The position numbers and the translations under genes were made by a program. From a virus (taxonomy: Duplodnaviria > Heunggongvirae > Uroviricota > Caudoviricetes), in IMG/VR virus record IMGVR_UViG_3300025121_000033: a stretch of DNA of 25,417 nucleotides; one strand, given 5' to 3'. Below the pieces are notes generated by a model. That model saw nothing but the letters and a program-made list of their open reading frames with translations. It was not told where the DNA came from and searched no databases. Shown here in pieces: positions 13,980 through 22,402 of this stretch; the first letter of the stretch is position 1, and each line of letters opens with the position of its first letter.

Positions 13980-14210
13980 ATGCAACACAAACCACTCAAA
14001 CCGAGACAATCGGACAGACTCCACAAATCATTCCCCATCACATACATCTGTCGCGCTGATTTAGAAGGCGCGGGGTTCGATACAACAAAAGTCGACAATG
14101 CCACCATGGAACACTTAGCCGGTAAAATGGCTGACGCGTATTGTGATGACGGCTTCTGGATTGATTTACCAATCATTGCGGAACATTTAAATATACCACG
14201 AGCAAAATAA
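13980..14210 (+). CDS. Hypothetical protein (76 aa)
   Basis: Track ORF with 4-nt gaps on both sides. Confidence 0.7.
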   Translation: MQHKPLKPRQSDRLHKSFPITYICRADLEGAGFDTTKVDNATMEHLAGKMADAYCDDGFWIDLPIIAEHLNIPRAK

Positions 14211-14214
14211 CCAT

Positions 14215-14475
14215 ATGTCAAAATGCACACATTGTGATAAGGACATGCTTAAAACTGACAGTTGTAGTTTTAATAGCGTTGTCCACGACAACGGCAAAGT
14301 ATACAAGCGCAAGCACGAATGCCTTGCCAAAGAAATTACTAAATGCCACGACTGTAATATGACACCAGCCGATGGCCACTCGCATCATTTCGGTTGCGAC
14401 AATGAAATCTGTCCGATTTGCAAAGGACAAATTATTTGTTGCGATTGCAAGTGGAGCAAGTTAGCGAATAAGTAA
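14215..14475 (+). CDS. Cys/His-rich metal-binding protein (86 aa)
   Basis: CTHC, CHDC, HHFGCDNEICPICKGQIICCDC motifs. Confidence 0.75.
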   Translation: MSKCTHCDKDMLKTDSCSFNSVVHDNGKVYKRKHECLAKEITKCHDCNMTPADGHSHHFGCDNEICPICKGQIICCDCKWSKLANK

Positions 14476-14477
14476 AT

Positions 14478-14777
14478 ATGAAAAAAGATAACTGCACAAA
14501 ATTCATATCTTGCTGCACCTGCCACAGAGAAAGCACTAAGCCAACTAAAAGCGGCCTGTGCCCAAAATGCTTCTCAAGTGATTGGTCAGAATCAGAAACA
14601 CCTAAAAAGAAACCGAAACTATTCGCGTCTATCAGAATCGTTAAAGCTAACAATCGTATCCAAGCCATGCATGACATTGAGAATTGTAATGCGCAATTTA
14701 TAGACAGCGATGAACTCAGCGACGTGATTGTCGAACTCACGCCAGAACTTAGAGACAGTATCTTGAATGCGATATGA
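14478..14777 (+). CDS. Hypothetical protein with an N-terminal Zn finger (99 aa)
   Basis: CCTC...CPKC motifs. Confidence 0.65.
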   Translation: MKKDNCTKFISCCTCHRESTKPTKSGLCPKCFSSDWSESETPKKKPKLFASIRIVKANNRIQAMHDIENCNAQFIDSDELSDVIVELTPELRDSILNAI

Positions 14778-14971
14778 AAAAATACTCAGCCACGATTCAT
14801 TACAGCCGAGAAATATTTGCTGAAAATGAAGATGATGCTGCTCAAATCTTTTGGGAAGATATGGAGCAATCAAATCAAACACCGCTCACAACATTAGAAG
14901 ACCGACTCGTCATTAAAGAAATAAAATCTGATAAAATTCCAATCCTGGATCAAGAGATTGGCGAACTATAA
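14774..14971 (+). CDS. Small acidic hypothetical protein (65 aa)
   Basis: ATGA overlap with the previous gene; the ...AENEDDAAQIF pattern is common in small phage proteins. Confidence 0.65.
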   Translation: MKKYSATIHYSREIFAENEDDAAQIFWEDMEQSNQTPLTTLEDRLVIKEIKSDKIPILDQEIGEL

Positions 14972-14976
14972 CCACT

Positions 14977-15522
14977 ATGCCAAATTGGTGTGAAAACATC
15001 CTCACCGTCACTGGTGAAACAGAAGAAGTTAATGCGTTTGTTAAAAAAGCCAAACGCTCTACACGCAACAAAACAGGAAAATATAAAACTGATTTCTCAC
15101 TCGACAAATTAGTGCCATTACCCGAAGGATTACGCGATACGCAATCTCCTCCCAAAGACGAAGAGACCAAAAAATCCAATCTTGAAAAATATCAAGCTGA
15201 AGATTGGTATCACTGGTGCTGCAATAATTGGGGAACGAAATGGGATGTAACCGCAAGACTTGAATACCACAACAAAGGCGAAGCACAATATTTCTTTGAT
15301 TCCGCATGGTCGCCACCCTGCGATGGAATCTTAGCGATATCGAAATTATATCCAGACTTAGTATTTCACCTTAAATATTGCGAACCCGGCATGGTCTTTA
15401 TGGGAGAATACGAAGCCCAAAACGGAGAGATACTAATGGACGAATCCGAAAATGACGTCTGGGATGAATTTAAAGACGATGACCTCTCTGACGAAGCAGA
15501 ATCATTATTAGTTAAAGAATAA
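14977..15522 (+). CDS. DUF1281 / YubB ferredoxin-like domain protein
   Basis: Hallmark motifs MPNWCEN, DWYHWCCNNWGTKWD, FDSAWSPP and YCEPGM. Confidence 0.85.
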   Translation: MPNWCENILTVTGETEEVNAFVKKAKRSTRNKTGKYKTDFSLDKLVPLPEGLRDTQSPPKDEETKKSNLEKYQAEDWYHWCCNNWGTKWDVTARLEYHNKGEAQYFFDSAWSPPCDGILAISKLYPDLVFHLKYCEPGMVFMGEYEAQNGEILMDESENDVWDEFKDDDLSDEAESLLVKE

Positions 15523-15525
15523 ACT

Positions 15526-17130
15526 ATGCATAAACCATTTCCGTTTACGCTGGGGGCCGACCCAGAATTTAACGTTGTAATCAATAATCGGAAAGCCAAC
15601 GCCCACACTTTAATCCAAGCTGTGCTATCAAAAGAATACAAAGCCACCAGCATGGGCTTTGACATTAACGGTAAAGCCAATATCGGCTGGGACGGATGCG
15701 ATTCCACCGGAGAAATTAGACCATCGCCCGCCAATACACCACACGAAATCGTAGAGAATTTACGCGCAGCATTCCAAGCAGTGACAGCCAAAGTAGCCAT
15801 CTTTGACTTTATCACTCACTCCAAACGCGCTCCAGTCGGTGGCCATATCCACTTACTCTTAGCACAGGGTACAACTGACGCGAAACTCAGAACCATTCAC
15901 AATTGCATGAGCGCATTTTATATGCCGCTCTTACTTTGTGAAGATATCATCAACATGAAATTACGAGTTAAAGACTACGGATTACTCAGCGACTATCGCA
16001 CTCAGAATGTCAGCCAAAATATCACCACATATGAATTCAGAGCACCAAGTGCTGAATGGCTGACAACGCCTAAAATCGCCGAAGCCACACTCGCTTACAT
16101 GGGCACAATCTATCACGAAATATTAAAAAACGGCCCGGAGAAATTCGCTAAAGAATTTAAACATGTCGTCTGGAAAAATGGCAGTCAAGCCGACACCATG
16201 CAACAATTATTCTTAAACGAATTCACTTGCCCAATTGAGAGCATGCTCAAGACCATTACTAAAGCCGTGAAGAAATTTGAGTACTACAAAGAATATAAAC
16301 AAGAAATAGATTATCTCTTACGCCCCAAGACCGTGCTCAAAGATAAACACAACGCCAGTTTCAACATCATGACAGGATGGAAATTAAATCCGCGCCAGCC
16401 GAGTAAGAAAAATCTGCTCAACCAAAAAGCCACAAAGAAGAAAGCCGAAGACATCAACATGGATTTATTTTCTAAAGCCATCAGCCTCCAATTTAATGAG
16501 GATAAGAATGTCGCCTTATTTGCAGAGGATTTCAAAGACAAGATTATCGCGCATGGCTGGAAATTAAAGAACGCTTATTATTTCTACGGGCTCAAAAAAG
16601 GGGTTGAGAAATATTTAGTGTTTAACAAATCCAACGAATGCTTCTACCATGGCGGACAAATCCAAACCGTCGAAGACGCAGTGGCGATTTCTGAAGTAGT
16701 CAAACGCATGAGCCAGAGATTCGAACTCGAAGGCACCATTAACGCCAAAGACAAAAAAGAACAAGCTGATAGACACATCCTTGTCGGCATCCCATACCAA
16801 GTCCGAATCGATCAGGATTTCAAATCACTAGTCTCTCTAGTCTATGACATCGAACACGGGACACTTAAACCGGCGCCGATCGAGCAAAAGAATTTAGTAA
16901 TGCACGCCACAACAAGTGGAAAAAATAGAATTGCGACTCCAGTCGCTGATGCTTATAAAGGAAGTAGCCCGATGCCAATCGAAGCAGAAAGTGGCAACTC
17001 CGCGCTAAGATGTGAAATAGACACCAGAGATAGACTAGAAATGGATCATGGCATACGGCTTGAAAGTCCAGGCATATTTATCGGGCCAAACACACCACTT
17101 CATATCCTACCCGGAGAAGCAGCATTTTAA
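15526..17130 (+). CDS. phiEco32-like COOH-NH2 ligase type 2 (amidoligase) with a long C-terminal extension
   Basis: N-terminal FTLGADPEF, GEIRPSP, GGHIH and YEFRAPS motifs of the glutamine-synthetase-fold amidoligase; 534 aa. Confidence 0.85.
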   Translation: MHKPFPFTLGADPEFNVVINNRKANAHTLIQAVLSKEYKATSMGFDINGKANIGWDGCDSTGEIRPSPANTPHEIVENLRAAFQAVTAKVAIFDFITHSKRAPVGGHIHLLLAQGTTDAKLRTIHNCMSAFYMPLLLCEDIINMKLRVKDYGLLSDYRTQNVSQNITTYEFRAPSAEWLTTPKIAEATLAYMGTIYHEILKNGPEKFAKEFKHVVWKNGSQADTMQQLFLNEFTCPIESMLKTITKAVKKFEYYKEYKQEIDYLLRPKTVLKDKHNASFNIMTGWKLNPRQPSKKNLLNQKATKKKAEDINMDLFSKAISLQFNEDKNVALFAEDFKDKIIAHGWKLKNAYYFYGLKKGVEKYLVFNKSNECFYHGGQIQTVEDAVAISEVVKRMSQRFELEGTINAKDKKEQADRHILVGIPYQVRIDQDFKSLVSLVYDIEHGTLKPAPIEQKNLVMHATTSGKNRIATPVADAYKGSSPMPIEAESGNSALRCEIDTRDRLEMDHGIRLESPGIFIGPNTPLHILPGEAAF

Positions 17131-17145
17131 TCTTAATCACTCATT

Positions 17146-18369
17146 ATGTGTGGAATTATAGCAGCATTCAACAACGAAAAACAACCCGTAAACGAGTGGG
17201 TGATTAATAAGTACGAAGATCAATTCAGCCGCGGGGATAAAGGTTTCGGCATCGTCACTATCGACAATAAAATGAAGATCAAAGTGATGAGAGCCACTGA
17301 ACCAGCCAAAATGATGTTCGACATGCATTTGAATCCAGCGCCGATGATCCTAATGCATCACCGCTGGCCAACATCATCCGCCAACACCATGGACCAAACT
17401 CACCCCATTCTCGTAAGCAACGGCTCACTCAAATTTGACTATCTCGTTATCCATAACGGCGTAGTTGGCAATGATGATGAGTTAAAAGAGGAACACGAAA
17501 AACTCGGCTTCTGTTACAACACCGCCTACAAAGAAGTAAGCGCGTACAGTAAAATTGAAACCGATAAATTCAATGACAGCGAAGCATTAGCAATCGAAGT
17601 AGCACGCTTCATTGAAAACCAAACTGATAAAATCGGCGCAAGAGGATCAGCCGCTTTTGTCGCTCTCCAAATTAAAAAAGACAAAAAGAATAAAGGTAAA
17701 GTTAATAAAGTGTTCTTCGGACGCAACGAAGGCAATCCTCTTATTCTTCAAGCATCAAACAAAAAGATTCTGTTATCAAGCGAAGGAAGTGGAGATGATA
17801 TCAAAGCGTTCGAACTCTATTCATTTACGCCCGGCAAAACAAAATTCACCAAACGTAAAATGACCTTCGCAACTTATCCGACTTACCCACTCGCGACAGT
17901 ATACCCGACAACACCAAGCTGTGGTATAAGAACCAGTGACGAATTCGGGTTCTCTGCTAAAGACAAATGGAGCCACTCGCTCTCCGACAAATACGGAACA
18001 AAAGTAGAATCCAAATATCCAGACGCAGCCATTGAAGCTGATATGCAAAGTGAATATATAGACGAAGAAGTAGATTTAGAAATGGCCATAGAAGAATTCT
18101 CAGAAAATGTCGACCACTTAGTAGAAGAGTACAAAGATTCACTGCGCGAGACATTCATCACTGGCGCATACGACAGTGAGTTCACGATTAAATCAATCGC
18201 CGCTTTTATGCAGTCAGTCGAAGCCAAGGTCGATAAAATAAAACTCAACATGGTAATAGAATCAGAAAACGACTATGAAACAGGTTTACCCCACAAAACA
18301 GCAAATTCTCTCCTCCCCAATGCGGTTTCCACGACAGTTGCTGAATTTGGTCCAGGAATGGAAGACTAA
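17146..18369 (+). CDS. Class II (Ntn) glutamine amidotransferase with an acidic C-terminal extension
   Basis: N-terminal MCGII (catalytic Cys), RGDKGFG, HHRWPT, HP, HNG and DSE motifs. Confidence 0.9.
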   Translation: MCGIIAAFNNEKQPVNEWVINKYEDQFSRGDKGFGIVTIDNKMKIKVMRATEPAKMMFDMHLNPAPMILMHHRWPTSSANTMDQTHPILVSNGSLKFDYLVIHNGVVGNDDELKEEHEKLGFCYNTAYKEVSAYSKIETDKFNDSEALAIEVARFIENQTDKIGARGSAAFVALQIKKDKKNKGKVNKVFFGRNEGNPLILQASNKKILLSSEGSGDDIKAFELYSFTPGKTKFTKRKMTFATYPTYPLATVYPTTPSCGIRTSDEFGFSAKDKWSHSLSDKYGTKVESKYPDAAIEADMQSEYIDEEVDLEMAIEEFSENVDHLVEEYKDSLRETFITGAYDSEFTIKSIAAFMQSVEAKVDKIKLNMVIESENDYETGLPHKTANSLLPNAVSTTVAEFGPGMED

Positions 18370-18751
18370 ATGCTGGGATACAAAATTAAATAATGACCAA
18401 AAATTCCGAGCTATTAAAACCCTTATTCTCACACTAATGTGGCACAACTACCACAAAGAAGAAGAATTAACAGCCCCAATTCTTTTCGACGCTTTCATGC
18501 GCAACCCGTCTTACTTTACTGATGTACCGGGGAAAATTGAAATATGGCAAATGTACGCTTGCGATTATAGACATAAAATAATCTACTTAAGCGCGAACAG
18601 CCCGTCGATAATCTCAGCCCTCCACGAATTTGGTCATTATAAATACGGTCGAAGTGAATTAAAAGCCTGTCGATTCTCAGTCCATCTGTTTAAAGAAATC
18701 TTCCCAATAGCATACAAAAAGCTTAAATGGGAAGGCCACATGTTAAAATAA
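18275..18751 (+). CDS. Putative zincin-like metallopeptidase (HExxH)
   Basis: IISALHEFGH followed by ELKAC; preceded by a YACDYRHKIIYL beta strand; overlaps the GATase 3' end by 95 nt. Confidence 0.6.
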   Translation: MKQVYPTKQQILSSPMRFPRQLLNLVQEWKTKCWDTKLNNDQKFRAIKTLILTLMWHNYHKEEELTAPILFDAFMRNPSYFTDVPGKIEIWQMYACDYRHKIIYLSANSPSIISALHEFGHYKYGRSELKACRFSVHLFKEIFPIAYKKLKWEGHMLK

Positions 18752-18755
18752 TTCT

Positions 18756-19259
18756 ATGCCAGTAGAAACTGAAGCCGTAGTCATGAACTCACAATTCGAT
18801 AGACTCGGCGTAAAACAACACAAACTCGTTGAAAAGAAACCCATCTGCGACGAATGCGCGCTAATAAACAATCGCATTCTTGGCATAATCAAAGTCAAAC
18901 GCAAATGCGCCCTCTGCAAACGAAAAGCATATTGTAGTCTCACCACCCCGCCACAATTCCAAACACACAGAGAAAGAGAAGATTCAGACGACGATCCAAT
19001 ATTCCGCTGCCCTGATTGCGGAGAAGAAGTCACGCATCTCAATTATTATATACCCTGCACAGAAAACGGAACATATCGCCTATCAACCAATTCAGGCGGT
19101 GGAGATTATAATGATGGTGACCACGACACTAGCGGCGACGCGACTTTCTCTTGCCCCGAATGCGGAAACGACATTGATCGTGATGAAGTCGAAAACAATC
19201 ACACCACTAGAGAAGAAGAAGATGGTGAAGAAGATGAGGAAGGAGGTGGCGATAAATGA
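18756..19259 (+). CDS. Multi Zn-finger protein with an acidic tail
   Basis: CDEC, CALC, CPDC and CPEC motifs; C-terminal EEEDGEEDEE. Confidence 0.7.
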   Translation: MPVETEAVVMNSQFDRLGVKQHKLVEKKPICDECALINNRILGIIKVKRKCALCKRKAYCSLTTPPQFQTHREREDSDDDPIFRCPDCGEEVTHLNYYIPCTENGTYRLSTNSGGGDYNDGDHDTSGDATFSCPECGNDIDRDEVENNHTTREEEDGEEDEEGGGDK

Positions 19260-19270
19260 ACACATAAAAT

Positions 19271-19579
19271 ATGCCAAACAATTTAGCCAACTTCGTTTTT
19301 AAGATTCCAAACTCTCACATTGAATTATCATTCCACGCCTACAAAAATAATAACTGGAAGATAACATTTTTCAATTCAGAGAACAACAAACAAAAACTCT
19401 TAGAAAGAAGTTTCAACCCTGAGCAAACAAAAGCGCTCACCAATTTGCTCATCGCGTCTTGCGCCTCGCACGAGAATACCCTCTACGGCAAAACGGCAAT
19501 AGACACAATCACAGCGCTCAAAATCGAAATTCAAAAAATAAAAAAGGAATATGTCGTCAAGACACACCCTCACATTTGA
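19271..19579 (+). CDS. Hypothetical protein (102 aa)
   Basis: Track ORF, AATATG start. Confidence 0.6.
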   Translation: MPNNLANFVFKIPNSHIELSFHAYKNNNWKITFFNSENNKQKLLERSFNPEQTKALTNLLIASCASHENTLYGKTAIDTITALKIEIQKIKKEYVVKTHPHI

Positions 19580-19778
19580 AGTGGATGTCCGCACAATTAA
19601 ATACGGCATAGCCAAAGTCAAAGCGCACTCCGCCGATGAAGCCATGGAACTTGTCCGGCACGCGCACAACAAACTGCAATTCATTGAAGAATGGAAAAGC
19701 ATTGAAATGGAACCCGTATCAGCGAAAATCCGCAACCAGGACTTTACCAGTCTTGACGTTGCTCTCAGTCAATTATAA
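19551..19778 (+). CDS. Hypothetical protein (75 aa)
   Basis: Track ORF, AATATG start; VKAHSADEAMEL pattern. Confidence 0.65.
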   Translation: MSSRHTLTFEVDVRTIKYGIAKVKAHSADEAMELVRHAHNKLQFIEEWKSIEMEPVSAKIRNQDFTSLDVALSQL

Positions 19779-19791
19779 TTTATTCAAACTT

Positions 19792-20235
19792 ATGTCCAAA
19801 ACATACAACCAGTTAGTCGACATCGCGCGCGAAAATGCCCGTGACCTTCTCCGGATGGAAATGGTAAACGGCGTCCGCTCTGAATTGAACGACTTTAACA
19901 AAGCTCTCGCTCAAGTAGAAAAGGAAGTCACCGCCGTCAATCACAAAATCGCCGTAGTCGAATTTAAGAAAACCCAAGTACAAGACGCCGACCCGGAAAA
20001 GGCCGACAAATTGAAACGCTATGATGAAGATCTGGCTTATCACGCAAAATCCTTGGAGAACCTCAACAAAGAAGCCGAACGCTACAACAAAGAAGTTGAC
20101 GCAGCGAACGCTCAAATCACCAAAATCTCCAGTGGAGAGGTGCTCGTGTCCGCACAAGCATTAGACGAGTTGTCACAAGAGTTGTTAAAGAATATCGTAA
20201 CAGCCGCAACCGTAGATCAGTCAAAAGAAGAGTAG
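19792..20235 (+). CDS. Coiled-coil hypothetical protein (147 aa)
   Basis: Track ORF 19636..20235; start moved to ATG 19792 (MSKTYNQ); heptad-rich; followed by a terminator. Confidence 0.75.
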   Translation: MSKTYNQLVDIARENARDLLRMEMVNGVRSELNDFNKALAQVEKEVTAVNHKIAVVEFKKTQVQDADPEKADKLKRYDEDLAYHAKSLENLNKEAERYNKEVDAANAQITKISSGEVLVSAQALDELSQELLKNIVTAATVDQSKEE

Positions 20236-20246
20236 AATTTCTCTTT

Positions 20247-20290
20247 AGGCGTAGTAACCCCTTCCAAAAGGGCTACTACGCCTTTTTTTT
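20247..20290 (+). terminator. Rho-independent terminator ending the plus block
   Basis: AGGCGTAGTA/TACTACGCCT 10-bp stem plus an inner CCCTT/AAGGG stem, followed by T8. Confidence 0.85.
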
Positions 20291-20291
20291 C

Positions 20292-20583
20292 TTCGAATTA
20301 ACTCGAAGTTTTTCACAAATGTTCGAATTAATTCGAGTAGAAGCACATTTAAACCAGACACATCATCGTTGGTGGGCTGTCATTTTGAATACGCCAATAG
20401 CCCATTTCCAGTAGCTTTAGCTATAATAAGCTGGCTTTTTAGCCGTTTTTTAGACGTTTATATACTTACCCAGTCAACATCTTGGCTATAGTAGGCATAA
20501 ATAATGACGCTTAAGCTATAATCTTAGTAGGATGAAGATAATCTTAGTAGAGTGGATAAGACAAATGTTCGAATTAATTCGAA
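20292..20583. repeat. Three copies of the 16-bp palindrome TTCGAATTAATTCGAA
   Basis: Copies at 20292-20307 (1 mismatch), 20322-20337 (1 mismatch) and 20568-20583 (perfect). Copies 2 and 3 share 22 bp ACAAATGTTCGAATTAATTCGA. TAATCTTAGTAG occurs twice at 20519 and 20539. Confidence 0.85.
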
Positions 20584-20635
20584 GTTTTTTCCCGCCCCCC
20601 TTTGTTTTACCCCCTTTAGGCGTTTGCAGAGATTG

Positions 20636-20835
20636 GCGTCAGGCGTAGCAGCCTCTTAACCCCACTGCGTCAGGCGTAGCAGCCGCTCGCCCGTAGCCCA
20701 GCTGCGTCAGGCGTCAGGCGTAGAGCCCGTGGCGCCACTGCGTTAAGCGCAACAGCCTTAGGCGTCAGGCGTTAAGCGCAACAGCCTTAGGCGTCAAGCG
20801 CGTGCCTTAAGCTTTACAGCTTTACAGCCTTAAGC
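20636..20835 (+). repeat. Nested direct-repeat array built on GCGTCAGGCGT
   Basis: 11-mer at 20636, 20667, 20704, 20711 and 20762; 18-mer GCGTCAGGCGTAGCAGCC twice (31-bp period); 28-mer GCGTTAAGCGCAACAGCCTTAGGCGTCA twice (20740, 20769); GCTTTACA twice; CCTTAAGC twice. Confidence 0.9.
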
Positions 20836-20983
20836 TCAACACCTTATGCTTTATACTTTATAGTATTATATATACGATCATAGCCTATGTGCCTATGTGT
20901 GTGGGACTCCTCTTCCCCTTATATCCCCCCTCTCCTCTTTTTTTCTTTTTTTTTCGCTAAGATTAGGGAAGAAGTGCTTTATC

Positions 20984-21011
20984 AAAAAAGAGCCGTTAAA
21001 ACGACTCCTTT
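20984..21011 (-). terminator. Rho-independent terminator ending the right minus block
   Basis: Minus strand GAGTCGT-TTTA-ACGGCTC (one GU) followed by T6; a second hairpin GTAAAAGG/CCTTTTAC lies adjacent at 21014-21035. Confidence 0.7.
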
Positions 21012-21157
21012 CGGTAAAAGGTGTTTGCCTTTTACGCTCTTTCGCTTCCAGCGTAACCCCAGAAATTAAACCGAGATTGGTTGGGCCCAGAGCATGCTTT
21101 TGAAGTATGAATTAATGCCTCATGCACATCAAAACACTCTTCTTCAAGCGCCCCTCC

Positions 21158-21550
21158 CTAAGAGATCTTAAAGCTCTTAGAGAAAAGCCCTTGGACTTCA
21201 ACTAAAGCGCTTTGCATTTCCTTGAGCGACTTCTTGTCTTTTGCTTGCTTCTTCATTTGTCTTAACATCTTAAACGACTTGTTTGAAAGCTCATCAATCT
21301 TAAAATGAACGCGCTTCCGAAACTTAGCCGGATCATAATCAAGCACATCGATAAACGCAGATAAGAGTGGCGACTCTTCAGTAAAAACATGCCTATCTTG
21401 CATTTTCTTAGCGAGAACTTCCTCACTCATCTCATGCACAATATGAATTCGAGTAGCTAAGTGCTCAATTAAAGCGCATGAGAAGACAACAGCGCCACGC
21501 TCGTTGATACTTTTAAATACTACTGGTATATCCCAATTTATTTTTTCCAT
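21158..21550 (-). CDS. Hypothetical protein (130 aa)
   Basis: Track ORF, AATATG start, 1-nt gap to the upstream gene. Confidence 0.75.
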   Translation of the reverse strand: MEKINWDIPVVFKSINERGAVVFSCALIEHLATRIHIVHEMSEEVLAKKMQDRHVFTEESPLLSAFIDVLDYDPAKFRKRVHFKIDELSNKSFKMLRQMKKQAKDKKSLKEMQSALVEVQGLFSKSFKIS

Positions 21551-21551
21551 A

Positions 21552-21827
21552 TTAGTCGATTACGGGTAAATTATGTAGAAAACGACTTACGTCCCAAATA
21601 TAAGGCCCATGCATAGAGACAGTTTGACCGGACATCCATTTTGAAAATAATTTATAATCGCGTTTTGTCATCTGTTCTTCAAGGAGCCCCCAAGGGACTA
21701 CATAACTAAAATCTTCAATTTTAAGTGGCTTCTTAGTAAAACTGTGGAGAAAAACTTTCCGCTTCGGAGGTTTTACTTTTGACATTTTGGCGCTTCGGAG
21801 CACGGCTCTTGTGATTTCTTTTTTCAT
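21552..21827 (-). CDS. Hypothetical protein (91 aa)
   Basis: Track ORF 21552..21845; start moved to ATG 21827 (MKKEITRAV); KWMSGQTV...YIWDVSRFL motif. Confidence 0.7.
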   Translation of the reverse strand: MKKEITRAVLRSAKMSKVKPPKRKVFLHSFTKKPLKIEDFSYVVPWGLLEEQMTKRDYKLFSKWMSGQTVSMHGPYIWDVSRFLHNLPVID

Positions 21828-21828
21828 A

Positions 21829-22095
21829 TTATTCCCATTTAACAAAGTAGTTACCGCACTTACACTTCACGTCGTGAAGTGGGAACTCTTCTTTTTTAAA
21901 ACCTTTCACGTCTTTACAACATGGCATGACGATTGTGACGGGCCAAACAGCGTTTGGTTTTATCATAGCGCCCTCTGCGAACATTTCTTCCAAATTGGCG
22001 AGCGATTCCGGAACTGGTTTAACATCGCGGATAAGAATCCCAATATTTTTTTCCCACTTCTCCTGCGGCCGCCGCTTAACAACAATATTTGACAT
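21829..22095 (-). CDS. Hypothetical protein with Cys motifs (88 aa)
   Basis: PCC...KCKCG; tiles with 1-nt gaps. Confidence 0.7.
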   Translation of the reverse strand: MSNIVVKRRPQEKWEKNIGILIRDVKPVPESLANLEEMFAEGAMIKPNAVWPVTIVMPCCKDVKGFKKEEFPLHDVKCKCGNYFVKWE

Positions 22096-22096
22096 A

Positions 22097-22402
22097 CTAT
22101 TTATCCTTTAAAGCGATTTGTAAAATCACCAAGTAATTAATTGCGTCATTGATTGTGTCCGACATTTTTTCGTCTTCAACGGTTGGTGCTTTATCCAGTA
22201 AAACGCCGATGCGGGAAATCTTATCAGAAAGACGAACGAAGACACCCTTTTCTACTGTAATATTAGCCAAAATCTGACATAGGCGAAAGTTCTTTAACGG
22301 ATCTTCGGCGGTCGCGTAATCGGCGTTTTTGGCATTTAAAATTTTATAACATGCGTCATAAACTTCCGCGGCCTGATTAGTAAATTGTTCTTTTGTGATC
22401 AT
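22097..22402 (-). CDS. DUF1599/Nmad1-like (nucleotide modification associated domain) helical protein
   Basis: KNADYA...DPLKNFR...GVFVRLSDKISRI...DEKMSDTINDAINYLVI pattern. Confidence 0.75.
   Translation of the reverse strand: MITKEQFTNQAAEVYDACYKILNAKNADYATAEDPLKNFRLCQILANITVEKGVFVRLSDKISRIGVLLDKAPTVEDEKMSDTINDAINYLVILQIALKDK

Noticed and set aside
13907-20157. Minus-strand track ORFs within the plus block (e.g. 13907..14230, 15366..15815, 17883..18251, 19813..20157)
   Set aside because: Shadows of tiled plus-strand genes; no independent motifs or start context.
20422-20523. Two AGCTATAAT (-10-like) boxes in the repeat island
   Set aside because: No recognisable -35 or extended -10 TG, and no downstream ORF; may be part of the local repeat structure.
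20636-20835. CRISPR array or mini-array
   Set aside because: Repeats are nested and overlapping, intervening sequences are short and similar to each other, and no cas genes are present.
20887-21103. Track ORFs 20887..21069 and 20897..21103 (+)
   Set aside because: They run through poly-T/poly-pyrimidine tracts and the terminator hairpins; low-complexity translations.
21030-21160. Stop-codon reassignment or TAG read-through (41 open codons follow the TAG at 21158)
   Set aside because: Other TAG stops (2428, 12769, 20235) are directly followed by a new gene, motif or terminator, and long genes are intact in code 11; a single short open stretch is expected by chance.
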